In this document: one piece after another, positions 11,792-23,509 of the stretch | Numbering within the stretch: position 1 is the stretch's first letter | Layout of the letters: every line of letters starts with the position of its first letter | Assembly: GCA_026770705.1 (NCBI GenBank) | Contig: JANJGN010000008.1 | Coordinates: 28,520,001-28,584,000 of the forward strand | DNA from: Isurus oxyrinchus | Taxonomy: Eukaryota | Length of the DNA: 64,000 bases | Reading direction: 5' to 3' | Notes under the pieces: generated by a model | What the model was told of the DNA's origin: nothing | Databases searched by the model: none | What the model saw: only the letters and a program-made list of their open reading frames with translations | Translations under genes and position numbers: made by a program

Positions 11792-14700
11792 GGCTGGGAT
11801 TTTGCGTGCCCGCTGGTATTGGGTGTGTTTGGTGGCGTGAGCGGACAATGTGGCAAGAAGGCCAAAACTCAGTTTCACAACATCGTGAAACCAGTTTGTG
11901 ATCATCTGATCAGCCCATCGATGGCAGACCACGTTCCCCATCATCAAGCGTTGGGAACCTCATTGTAATACATCAACCCATCGGAGTCATTCCCCTCCCT
12001 GGATCATCTGCCTACCTTAGCAGGAAAAGACACCGGTGCAGAACACATTTTGACAACTGCGATGTGCAGAGGTTGGGACTTACTGCCAGGGCCTTGCTCA
12101 CATTGTGGACATCCAAGAAGCAGAGGATGCTGGAGTCCGACAGCAACAGGATCCTCGAGGAATGTCCATGGCATGCTGGGTGGATTCTCAAGGACATGGC
12201 TGTGCTGTGAAGCAGATCACAGGAGTTGGAAAGTCACCACTGATGCTCACAACGAATGATGGTTGAGGGGGTGGGAAATGAAGGTCCAGGATTAACTGGG
12301 AGAGGAAGAGGTGCCTTGGGTGGGGGTGGGTGGTTGGGGGGGGGGGTTGCCGTGCTGAGGTGGTGGAGGGGATAGAATGAAAGTGTCAGGGGGGTGAGGT
12401 TCGGAAGGGGGGAATGAAGGTGTCAGGATGGAGTGTGGTCAGGAAGGTTGGGAGTGCAGGTGTCGGGGGTGAGGTTGGGAGGGGGAGAATGAAGGTGTCG
12501 GGGGCATGAGGTTGGGAGGAGGGGAATTAAGGTTTCAGGGGGGTGAAGTTGGGACAGGGAGGCAGGAGGAGGTAATGTGAGAGAAGATGGCAACCAGGGA
12601 GGTAGTTGTAAGGAGGGTGAAAGGTGTAAGGGACATAGTTCGGAGAGGGGAAAGAGTCCAAGGGTAGGAAGGAGTGCAGAGAAGGGAAGGGGTCCAGGGG
12701 CAGGAAGGAGTGTGGAGAGGGAGGGAAGTAAGGGTGGAGGAAGAAGTAAGGGTGGAGGGAGGAGTTGGGAAGGGGGATGGAGTAAGGCTGGAGGAAGAGG
12801 TGAGGCTGCAGGAAGAGGTAAGGCTGGAGGAAGAGGTAAGGCTGGAGGAAAAAGTCAAGAGGGGGGGAAGGACTAGGGGTGGTGGAAGAAGTAAGGGTGT
12901 CTAAGGGAGTCAGGTTGGGGTAGGGACTAAGCCGGGGGATATACAGGGGCATGTGGGATGACTAAGTTGGGGGAATGGATTCCGGGGGTGGGGGGGATGG
13001 GGTCTGGAGTGGGGAAGGGTTCCGATGGGGGAAGGAGTACGGAGCGGGGAAGGGGTTCCAGCAGTGAAGGAAGGGGTCTGGAGGCGGGGAAGTCCTGGTG
13101 AATACGCAAGGGAGGGATCTAATGGGTCCATGACCGCCTCCTGGGGAGCAAACTGAGGGTGGACATAGTATGAGGGAACGGTGAGAATGACCGAGGGCAG
13201 AGTAAGGCAGTAGGGTGGTCATGGTAGAACGGCGAGGGTGGTTAGTAGGGACTCAGAGGCAGACATGGACTCTGGGGGTGGGAAAGAGGAGGTCGGGGAG
13301 GTTAATGTGGATGGGGGTGGGATCTTCAGGAAGGAAGGGAATGTGCATGTTCTCCTGGACATCCCCGAAGAAAAAGGGCTGTGGCTGGTAGGTAACGGAG
13401 GAGAGGTGGTAGGTGATGCCAGGGGGATCAACTGTGATGAGGGAAAGGAAATGGGTGACTGGAGGAGGGGAAAAGACAGGGAAGCAAATGAAAAAACAAA
13501 TCCAGACCATGCTGCCCAAATCGAAAGTGAAATGACGGTCTTGGAGGGCGAGATCAGGTGCTGCATTGGAGTGTACATTGGGTGAGTGGAGATGCAGGTG
13601 GACAACTGAAAGCAAACCCCAGCAGGCAGCACTGAAAATGCTCAGGACAGTGAGATGAGTGTGATATAGGAAGGATCGACATGTGTGAAAGAGAGCTTGC
13701 ACGAGGCTCCGAAAGGCCCTGCCACACACACACACACTTATCTCTCCAGAATCACTCGCTGGCCCGCTGCTCCCTCTGTGGTGATAGAGGACGAGGCTGA
13801 GGGGGTCACAGGCAAAGGGGACTTGGAGGGGGAGGGCATCATCTGAGATTCCCGAGTGGATGATCCAGGGGTGAACATCTGCCGCTCCTTCCTTCTTTCG
13901 GGTGCCCGGGGACCCCAGCCTGACTCCTTGAGGGGAAGGACCACCTGGGGGGATATCGAGGTGCCCCACTTCCCTTTCACGTTGCCATTGCAGGAACCCA
14001 CCCATCGCTCCCACGATGGACCGCAGGTCTGCACACATTTCCGCGTTCTGCTGCACCAGGGTCCCCATGGCGTCCACCATTCTCCCCATGGAGACCTCTA
14101 TGCACGCACATGTGGGCACCACTTCATCAGAGAGGAGGTGGACGCACTCCTCCGATTCACGTGCCTCTCTGCTGAGGGTGTCCAACTGCTCTGAATGATG
14201 TTCCACGCCTTCTGTTGACTCTCCAGGATAGGTTGGAAGGCCAAATCTCAAGGCTCATCATCTGACTCTGACCTCACAGATGCCTGATCCCCAGCAGTCC
14301 TCCGTGTGCCGGGGAGCTCACACAAACCTGCCTCCTCCTGCTACTGACACGTGTCTGTGCAGTGACCACCAGATTGTGAACCCAAGCCTGCTCTAAATCT
14401 AGGTTCTACCCATGTGTGTGTCGCTGCGCTGGTGCAGGGTGTGGGGAAACGCTGTGATGGGTCTTCCAGGCTGCTTGTTTCCAGCTCCTCAATGGAGGAG
14501 GTGTCCTCTTGGCTGGAGGTGAGGACATGGATGGAGCTGAGGGAGTGGCTGGCTAAGGGTGTCAGCCACATGGCAGAGCTCACTGAACCAAAGTAGAGAT
14601 AATTAGTGCATGGCCGCAGATTCAAAAGCAGGAGAGAGAGCACTTACAGTTGCATTAATAGAGGGATGATGTGGTGGAGGATCCTTACGTGGGTGTTTGC

Positions 14701-15540
14701 CGCCCGTCTCACCATCACCGTAGGCACGGTCCGTGTCCTCACCAGTCAGTGCTATGGCACTCTACTCAAAGTGACTGAGGGGCCTACTTTGGACCACTCC
14801 ACTCCAATCTGTGACCTCTTCCTGCTGATGTGAGCAGGCTTCTCCTGAATGAAAACAGATGGAGAGAGTGTGAGTAGGACACATGGCTCTGTGTGGAATG
14901 TTTGTGTGGTGAGTGCAGCCATGGACAGGATGAGGACGTGAGCTCGAGAGGATATGAGCCTGATGGAGATGTGAGGGTGTGCATGTGAGGGTTAGTGGTG
15001 TTGGCCCTTGTGGTGTGAGATTCCTGTGGATGTGTGATGGGTTTGTGAGTGTGTGCGTTGAGAGTGATGAGAAGAATGAATTACCCTGGCGGAATGGATG
15101 AGACCATTCATCCTGTCACAGCACTGGGTGGCTGTCCTCTTTTGCAGGGCATTGGCGCTGACCACCAATGGCACCGCCTCTCAAGCCAGATTAGTGAGGT
15201 TGCTGCCCATCCTGTGGCTAGATCGGGGGTAGAGGATATCACGGCGAGCCTCCACTGTAAAAAAAATAGGTGCTCGAGAGATGCGTTATTGAACCTGGGA
15301 GCTGCAGTCTTTTTGCCTCTTGGGGCCATGTCTTCTCTGCAGCAGTTCTGGGCTGGAAGCACGGTGTGTGCACGCGGCTGGACTTTAAATATGGCACCCA
15401 GCGTGCTGAAGCGGCAAGGTGATGGCGTGGCAGGCAAATGAGAGCCCGCCCGCCATGGAAATGGTATGTTTCCCGGGAATGCATAATTAACGCGGCGGGT
15501 TTGGGACAAAGCGGCATGAAAACCCACCATTGTGGCGGGC
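11792..15540 (-). mobile_element. Harbinger-derived element carrying a decayed, intron-containing Myb/SANT-like ORF2
   Basis: Terminus ggctgggatttt at 11792; both ends homologous to the element at 22259-23509. Minus strand reads MAPRGKKTAAPRFNNASLEHL...AWEAVPLVVSANALQKRTATQCCDRMNGLIHSAR, a Myb/SANT-like trihelix domain with a frameshift. Confidence 0.7.
12260..13500. repeat. Long purine/G-rich low-complexity tract with an 18-nt minisatellite (gtaaggctggaggaagag) at ~12728-12850
   Basis: Strong G/A strand bias; tandem 18-mers translate as VRLEEE repeats. Confidence 0.8.
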
Positions 15541-16129
15541 CTACTGCCGCACTTCCGGATGGTTCATTCCTATGTGTCTGAATTCTGCAGTGGTTATGTC
15601 GACAATGGTGCTGCATCATGTGTGTATTGGGGGAGAAGGAGAGACACTGTGCAGACGATAAGGCCAGTAGGTGGGAGTCAGACAAGTACAGCAGGAGGCC
15701 GTGGCCAGGAACTCTCGTTGGTCAGGGATGGGACGAAGTGCTACACAATCATGGTGGGTGGGGTGGGAAGGTGGTTGAGGGGGAAGGAGGGAGGCCTGGG
15801 TCAAGCAAGACCCTCGGTTTTATTTGGGGGGGACCAGAGGAACATTTTTTAAAAATTGCCTACACAGCCCTCTTTCGAACCAGTTGGGTCCTTTGTGCAA
15901 GATTTCTGTGGTGGGGCTAGAACCGAAACACCAACTTGCAGAACAAAGTTAAAAATAATGTTGGAGTCTGATTGGTGACGTCAGGCACTGACTTTCGAAA
16001 CTCACTCAGGCCCTCAGCCACATGCCTGCCTGGGGTGATTGCTTTACCCATTCACCAAAATTGCAATCCCTCAAACCGTGCCTCATGTATGCTTCGCACT
16101 ATATTGCAGACTGATCACCAATGTCAACA

Positions 16130-16362
16130 ACAAAAACTCCTTCCACTTATATCACACTTTAATGCAGCGAAACGTCACAGGGCCGTTATCATCCAAAATT
16201 TGAGCCTGAGCCACATGAGGGGGCATTGGGTCAAAGAGATAGGTCTTAAGGCGTGCCTTAAAGAAAGAGAGGGTTTAGGAAGGGAGTTCCTGAATTTAGG
16301 GCTTAGGCAGCTAAAGGCACAGTTGCCAGTGGTAGAGCTATTAAAATCAAGGATGTGCATTG
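16130..16362 (-). mobile_element. L2 LINE 3' fragment
   Basis: STTGNCAFSCLSPKFRNSLP..LRHALRP, the typical L2 ORF2 C-terminus, plus 3' tail. Confidence 0.7.
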
Positions 16363-16990
16363 CACCTCAATCCGACTTCCATATCTATCACAATAGCTCA
16401 AGCTGAATCAGTTATTTTACCCTGCACCTCAAGTTGACTCTCGCTTTTCAACAAATCACAGATGGAAGTCCAATTTCTTACACAGTCACTCCCTTGTCTT
16501 GCATAGTACCATGGGCTGATTCCTGCGTTTGACGCAGTGTCCCGGGCTGACTCTTACGTTTCACACTATAGCCTAAGCTAATTCACTATCTGCTGCTCAA
16601 TCTTGTTTTGGTGTTGTGGCTGATAACAGTTGCATCTATTAACCAGTGATGAAAATCTAAGGCTTCACTTCTGCTGATGAAGAGTCAAATATTTTGTGAG
16701 CAGCGACGTCTTTGATAATGTTCTGGGCTCAGGCCCCTCAGCCCAGTGTGAATCCCAAGTTTAGCTCCCGAATGAAATCTTATAGAACCCAAAGTCAATC
16801 CCTCATGAGCAATAAGCAACGGTACAATATGCAAAGGTAGAAAACTGCTTCACAGCAAGTTTATTGACTGATAATCAACAGTTCATTACTATGAAATGGC
16901 ACAGTGATTCTATATAAGATATATATTTTAAACACCACCTAAAATATTAATGAGCACTTTTAATATTTTTCCCTCCCTTCCCTACTGAAG

Positions 16991-17107
16991 CAATGCACCT
17001 CCTTGGTCTGAACTGGCAGCTTCAACCGGCTGAAGGACAGATGTTTAAAAATGGAGTCAGAACAGGAGGCCCGAGTGATGTAACAATAGCACCATCTGGT
17101 GGCAGAG
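16991..17107 (+). CDS. TENM2: Teneurin-2 coding exon (end of TM helix / juxtamembrane ectodomain)
   Basis: Translates (A)[38 protein letters not shown], matching the TENM2 motif [16 protein letters not shown]...PSGGK. Pyrimidine tract + AG at 16989-16990; donor G|GTAATA at 17108; phase 1/1. Confidence 0.93.
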
Positions 17108-18510
17108 GTAATATATCTTCAGTGTGTTGTACTGTGAGATGCAATGCCTTAATTCCCACACGCTGCTTTGGGCACAATGGAAAATTATTAGTTTTTGTTT
17201 CCCTTTAGGAAAATAATATAAATTTCCCTTTCCTCTCACTTGCACCCCCACCACCCACCTTCCTTTGGGCCCACACAACCACTTCCCCATTCACAGTTCA
17301 CACACATACTGTGTACCTTAGCTGTGCTCCAACTGGAAGTATGAACTGATAATTTGCAGTGAAGCCTTGCTGTAACTAACTGCGGTCATGTGCTCAGGTG
17401 CAATTGGATTTGATGGTCACTTGCTAATTTTTGAATACTGTGCTTTTCCATTTGATCCATTACCCATCTCTTTCTTGAGTTTGCAACTGAAATCAGATGT
17501 ACACCATACAGGCGCCATCTGACTAATGCTTTTTGTTTATAATGTTTATACTAGTTGCAAGTGCAGTGATCAATTATGAAATGGAAGAGTGAGGGGAGTG
17601 CAGAGGACTATATATCTGGTATGATTGAAGAGCAGTAGCCCTTCTTTCCAGTACTCGGAATGTGGATAGGGCAACACTAGCGCATTTGGAGTAGAAACCA
17701 AGCAAGTGTGCTTTGCAATGGAAAGGAACAGTATTAGTCACATCAGAGCTGCACCAAAGCTATCATTCAAGCCTTCACTTCTATGCATACTGGTGTTCCA
17801 CTCCCTCCAACCTCCTCTTAACACAAATTAAAATATAAAATAAATAAATCCTCATTTTGTTGCTAAGGCCTGAAAACATCACAGCCCTCCATTGTCAGCA
17901 ACCTCTTATTTATTCATGTATTTGTTTTAATTGTTCTAAATATTTCTTTTAAAATTCTAATAAAGCAGTTTCTTGTGCAGCTGGCGATTGTGCCGCCAGG
18001 AAAGAGCGGAAATTGTGTTCCATTAAACATATAATTATCTACGATCTGTTCTAACATTTTATACTCCACACAAGAACAGGCTTAATTAAATGTTTTTGGT
18101 TGTAGAAAATCAGGGAATCCTGTTAAGCCTCACTCAGCATTTAACCCATTTTTTTCTGCTGCACCAAGAGTTTTATTTTAAATTGCTTTTTTTGAACAGG
18201 TATTGTTTCCTCCCCAGCTGCTGGTTGGGTAAGTTACCTGGTCCCAAGCCTTAGGCCTTTTCAAGTGTTCTACTTTTAAGGAAGCTCATCTTTGTAGCCA
18301 AAATTTAAATAGAAATAATATCCAGAAAGTGAAATTCAATTTTATTCTTTGCCTTGGTGGGTTTTGTGGTTGACAAATTCTATCAAGCATCCCCAGCAAG
18401 AAATGGCCACTCAAGGTGCACCTTTGGTTTAGCTGATTATTCCCTTTTCAAGGAAAGAAGCGTCAGTGCTGGTTGGAGATTTCAAACCTTTTAGTTACAA
18501 CTGAGACTTT

Positions 18511-20193
18511 GGGCTGGGTTTTCACTGCCGAGGTGGGTAGCCATGAGTTGGGAAGTTTCCCGATTTGGTAGACCTGTCTCAGTTCAAAAGGCCCTGTTAG
18601 ATCAAATTTTCACTCCGCGATGTGGGGCGAGTGGAGGATGGATGCCAGATCTGGAAGCAGATCCCAAGGAACCACTGGGGCCGATGAGTGCTGAGCCAAC
18701 TGGTTGGAAGGCCCGCCTTGGTTCTCTGGAACATTTTTTGAAGCTGCTTGGCCCTCCTGTCCTCAGTGCTCACAACCCCTCACCCGTACCATGCCCCCCA
18801 TGGCATCTCCATGCTAACATACGCCTTCCACCTACCTCCTATGGCTCCCCCATACCTGCACGCCACCTCCTTAGCAGCTCATCCAGTTTCTACCATGGGC
18901 AGATCTCAGGAGCCATGTGGAGATGAAAATAAATCTTCTAACTAGATCTTCTTGATTCCAGAGAGGCGGGACTTGTCTTTTGAGGAGAGATTGAGCAGTT
19001 TAGGCCTATACCCGCTAACATTTAGAAGGATGAGAGGAGATCTAATTGAGGTATATAAGATGCTAAAGGGGATAGACAAAGTAGACGTGGAGCGGATGTT
19101 CCCCCTTGTGGGGCATTCTAGAATGAGAGGCCATAGTTTTAAGCTAAGGGGTGGTAGATTTAAATCAGAGATGGGGAGGAATTACTATCCTCAAAGGTTC
19201 GTGAATCTGTGGAATTCACTACCTCAGAGTGCAGTGGATGCTGAGACGCTGAATAGATTTAAGGAGGAGGTAGACAGATTTTTAATTAGTAATGGGTTGA
19301 ACGGTTATGGGGAAAGGCGAGAAATTGGAGTTGAGGCCGAAATGAGATCAGCCATGATTGTATTGAATGGCGGGGCAGGCTCAAGGGGCTGAATTGCCTA
19401 CTCCTGCTCCTTCTTATGTTCTAACAATCAAATGCAGCTCCCATTCCTACTCACTTGGTAATGAAAAAAACTCTCATTCAAGAAACCCAATCAAAGCTTT
19501 TAAAACTCCTCAAGTGGTTAACCTCATGTAAAAATAAACTTTTTTCAGATCCCACATCAAAAACAGCTAATCCTTTAATATAAAAGCAAAAGCCTTTAAT
19601 ATTTCCTTTAAACTGTCAATCAACCTGTGAACTCAGAAACCACCCTGCCCCCAAGATAAGTGTAGCTTTTGAAACTCAGCCAAGCATTCACAACATCACA
19701 ATACTCCTTTCGGGAAATGTCAAGAAAGGATTCTATTTAAACTGCATGAGAAGATGATACTGTTTCTTTCCTCATCTATGCCAGATGGCTTGTCAATCAA
19801 AGCAGTCCAGCAGAGGTTTTTTTTAACTCTCACTGACCTCGGCCTATTATTCTCATGTTTAATGAGGTGGGGGATTTAACAATCTTCAGATCATGACACA
19901 ACAGACCTTATCCACCCTTCAACAACACCTAGGTCTACTCCATTAACTTGTGATGCCATCCTGAGGGTTAAGGCCCTTGAAAGAGTTAAAATGTGTTCCG
20001 TTTGAACTCAGCACTTCGTTGAAATGACCCTGCTGGGTTCGGGTTCCCCTCCAGTGTGATTCACATTCCATCCCCTTCCTGTGTTGGCAAAGTTTGGGTC
20101 TGTTGGAATTGAGGGCAGGACTTTTACATCTGGGCCCCACATAACATTTTTAAAGCTCCAAGAAGCTTTCCCAACTCAGTGAAAATCCAGTTC
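18511..20193 (+). mobile_element. Non-autonomous TIR element (family C) with a nested CR1 fragment
   Basis: TIR gggctgggttttcactg...cagtgaaaatccagttc; inverted homolog at 31884-33147 (shared catgggcagat..caggagccatg.ggagatgaa). Confidence 0.6.
18950..19422 (+). mobile_element. CR1 LINE 3' fragment nested in the family C element
   Basis: LSFEERLSSLGLYPLTFRRMRGDLIEVYKML...RFVNLWNSLP; 3' UTR ends cttatgttct. Confidence 0.88.
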
Positions 20194-20229
20194 TATGCAA
20201 GTCCTCCTTCATTTAATTGCATGCAGTTC

Positions 20230-20830
20230 TTATCCAAGCCCCACCCCCTGCCCCACCTCTGCCCATTTGCTCCTGAAATTCTCATCCATATTATTGTTAC
20301 TTCCACACTTGGTTATTTCAGTGCCCTCCTGGCCAGTCACCCATCTTGCACTCTGCATAAACTGAAGCTCATCCAAAACTCTGCTGACCTTATCGTAACT
20401 CAGGCCAAGTCCCCTTCACCTTTGCGCTCACTGACTGACATCAGTCCAGCAACACCACCATTTTAAAATTCCTGTTCTCATGATCAGCTCTCTCCATGGC
20501 CTTACTCCCCCTGACCTCTGTAACCTCCCCCGGCCTGACAGCCTTCTGAGAGCTCTGCAATCTTCTAGCTCTGGCTCTAAGTCCATCCCCTGCACCGCGC
20601 ACCGCCCCCCAATACATTCAGCTGTCTAAGCCCTGAGCTCTGGAATTCCCTCCCGAAACCTCTCTGCCTCTCTCTCCTCTTCCATGACGTTCTTTAAAAT
20701 CTACCACCACCTGCCCTAATGCCTCCTTCTTTAACTTGGTGCCAATTCTTGTCAGACTCTGCTGCTGTGAAACGCCTGGGGATGCTTTACTACATGAATG
20801 ACCCTTTTTAAATGCAAGTTCATGTTGATT
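20230..20830 (+). mobile_element. L2 LINE 3' fragment
   Basis: APEILIHIIVTSTLGYFSALLA..LHKLKLIQNSA; tail ...aatgcaagttcatgttg. Confidence 0.75.
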
Positions 20831-21239
20831 TTGTCCCAGTTTCTTTAGGCCTCAGCTCAATTCTTCCAGCAGACTTTCGCTCAATTGTTCTCAACCGCCC
20901 TTGGCTCACTTGCTCATTTAAAGTGCCAGTTGAACTCCTGAGGGTTGCAACCAGTTGGACTCCCTTTGGCAGCCCATACATAGAGATGAATGAAGTTACA
21001 GCTGACTTGCTAGCTAATTCATTCTTGTGTGTGAGTCATTTATTGATTTCTTTAATCCTTTGTTTCTGAACAACCTTCTAAATGACTTCTTCCTCTCCAT
21101 ATTAAAAATAACTGATATGTCAATGAGTTTATAGTTGAGGAGTCAGTCATTTTTAAAAGGTAAGGATAACTATGCATGGAGAAAAGCTAAATGTTAGTTT
21201 CAAAAGCGTACAGACGAATGAGATGCATACAAAAGAAAA

Positions 21240-21535
21240 ACCTCTCATAGGTCGGAGGCTACCAGAGGACATAGGTTTAATATAATTAGCAATTGAACCA
21301 GAGGGGAAAAGAGGATAAATGTTGCTATGTTCTGGAATGCTTTGGCTGAAAGTGTGTTGGAAGCAGATTGAAGCATAACTTCCAAAACGGAATTGGATAA
21401 ATACTTGAAAAGGGAAACAATTGCAAGGCTACGGGGAACATGCAGGGGAGTGTGACTAATAGATAACTCTTTCAATGAGTGAGCAGAGGCACAGTGGGCC
21501 AAATGGTCTCCTCCTGCACCATCTGATTCTATGAA
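21240..21535 (+). mobile_element. CR1 LINE 3' fragment (degenerate)
   Basis: accagaggacataggttta...ctggaatgc...gggccaaatggtctcctcctgcacc..tgattctatga. Confidence 0.6.
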
Positions 21536-22164
21536 AATGAAACAACAAACAAGTCAACCTTCTCCTTGTTCATTCAAGTATGTTGCTGAAAGACGATTGG
21601 CAATGTCACAGAGGTTTATCCAGGGAGCTGTCAGGGTAGTTTCTGCTGAGGGCTCTCCTGGAGACTTGTGCTGAGGGCAGTGGTGGAGTTTGACCTTGGG
21701 CTGGTAGCAGTTGGCTAATGACTGTCACTGACAGCTGCCGACACAGCAGTAGCTGCTTTCCTACTGCACGTGACCTGTTCTGGTGCCCACGGCAACTGAC
21801 TGCAGGTCTTCTGCAGCTGGTGGCAGCCCCAGAGTAAATTAGTTGTTAAGAGCAGCAGCCATGAGGACTGGATAAAAAATGGGTCTTTCTTGCCTGCTGG
21901 CCTGAATGAATCCTGCAGGTTTACTTTGGGGGTTGGCACTGACTGCACGTAACCCCTACCACCAGGAGCTGAAGGCACTGGCCTACATTAAAGCTGTTTG
22001 CGTTATGCTGGAAGTGCCTTTGGTTACACACTTCTCTTCCCCAGCAACTACTGCTCTGACTGAAGAAAGCTTTACTAAGGTTGCATGCTGAGGAAGCACA
22101 AGCTGCAAAGGATTTAACTTCAAACAAAGCTATTAGCAGCGTGACAAGCTCTCCGCAAAGTCCA

Positions 22165-22256
22165 ATACAAAATACCGCAGAAGCTGGAAGTCGGAAATAA
22201 AAGCAGAAAATGGTGGAGATGTTCAGCAGGTCGGGCGGCTTCTGTGGAGTGTTAAA
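22165..22256 (-). mobile_element. Penelope-type 3' tail fragment (interrupted by the Harbinger element at 22259)
   Basis: gcagaagctggaagtcggaaataaaagcagaaaatg..cagcaggtcgggcggcttctgtggag matches the tails at 36010-36100 and 56765-56830. Confidence 0.65.
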
Positions 22257-22258
22257 CC

Positions 22259-23509
22259 GGGCAGAATCGCCCCAGACTTGCACAAAGTGCAATATGGTGG
22301 GGGGGGGGGGGGGGGCGGGCGGACACAACGTCCTTTTTGCCCGCCGGCCGCAATGGCAGATTTTTGCGCCTTATTGTCCCATTCCCGCCTCGTTACTTAT
22401 GCCGCCACAGGAATCACGCCGTCTCGCTGGTGGCCAGCGTCCGATTTGCCCGACAGGCCGTTGCCTCATCGCTTCCTCGCACAGGACGCCACACTTAAAC
22501 TGCAGCCGCTTGCACATTTCTCAATGCTTGCAGCCCAGGAGGGCAAAGGTGAAGACACGGTCCCAAATGCCAAGAAGAGGGCAGCCGCCTGATCCGGTAA
22601 TGCCTTCTGCGACAATGTCCTTTACCCCTGCTCTGGCCACAGGAAGCCCATCTGTCTCACCACTCTGGCTAGGGAGGCGGTGATCAGTGCAAATGCTTCA
22701 TACAAGAGTTCAGCCATCCAGTGCAGAAAACGGATGAATGATTTTATCTGTGCCGCCAACTTATCACTCTAAACTCACACACTCACAAGGCCATCACACA
22801 GTCACTGGCATCTCACTCACTGCCAGCTCAAGGGACATCACCAATCACTCTCTCACCCTCACCCTCACATCTCCATCTGGTCTCATCTCCTCTAGAGACT
22901 GCCTCCTCAGGCCTCATCATCTTGAGGCCACTTGCCCCCACACACACACGCTGGGATACCCTCCTTCCCCAGTACAGCCTTCGCCCTGCAGCCTCTTCCC
23001 TGGCCTGAGGCCACTTCTCCCCCTTCCCCAAGCAAGCCCTCGCCCTGCAGCTGCTGAAAAGCTGCCCCTGCCCTACAGCTGGTCTGGTAGGTAGAGAACT
23101 GCCCGTGAGCCCCTAAAAGTGATGCGGTGCTGTCCGTGAAGCTTGTCACTGCTGACTGTGAGTGCTGCCCGAAGCAAGGTAGGCCATCAAACCTCAAAGT
23201 CCCAAGCAAAGTGCAGCTCGCCAGGTGCACATCACTTATGTACAATTGCAAAATACGTCAGCGTGCAATCATGCTGATGTGCCCAGATAATCCAGTGAGG
23301 GGGGATGATTCCAGTGAGTAGGGCTTATAATTAGATGCATTAGAATGATGTTCCTGACACACGGCAGCCAGTAAGGCCATGGAGGGGCTGAGTGGATGAT
23401 CACAAACTGGTTTCACGACGTCGTGAAACCATTTTTTGGGCTTCCTGCCATATTGTCCGCTCACGCCCACCATGATGCTCGCCACCAACAGGGATGGAGA
23501 ATTCTGCCC
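22259..23509 (+). mobile_element. Internally deleted Harbinger-type element with a Myb/SANT remnant
   Basis: TIRs gggcagaat...attctgccc; ISANASYKSSAIQCRKRMNDFICAA at ~22680-22760; termini homologous to 11792-15540. Confidence 0.75.

Noticed and set aside
12527-12952. Repeat-protein ORFs (VRLEEE / LQPYLF / SSSLT)
   Set aside because: Translation artefacts of an 18-nt minisatellite that is open in several frames on both strands.
13253-14251. 332-aa ORF as a novel gene
   Set aside because: Chimeric: the N-terminal part is Harbinger ORF2-like and the rest reads through low-complexity pyrimidine-rich sequence with few stops.
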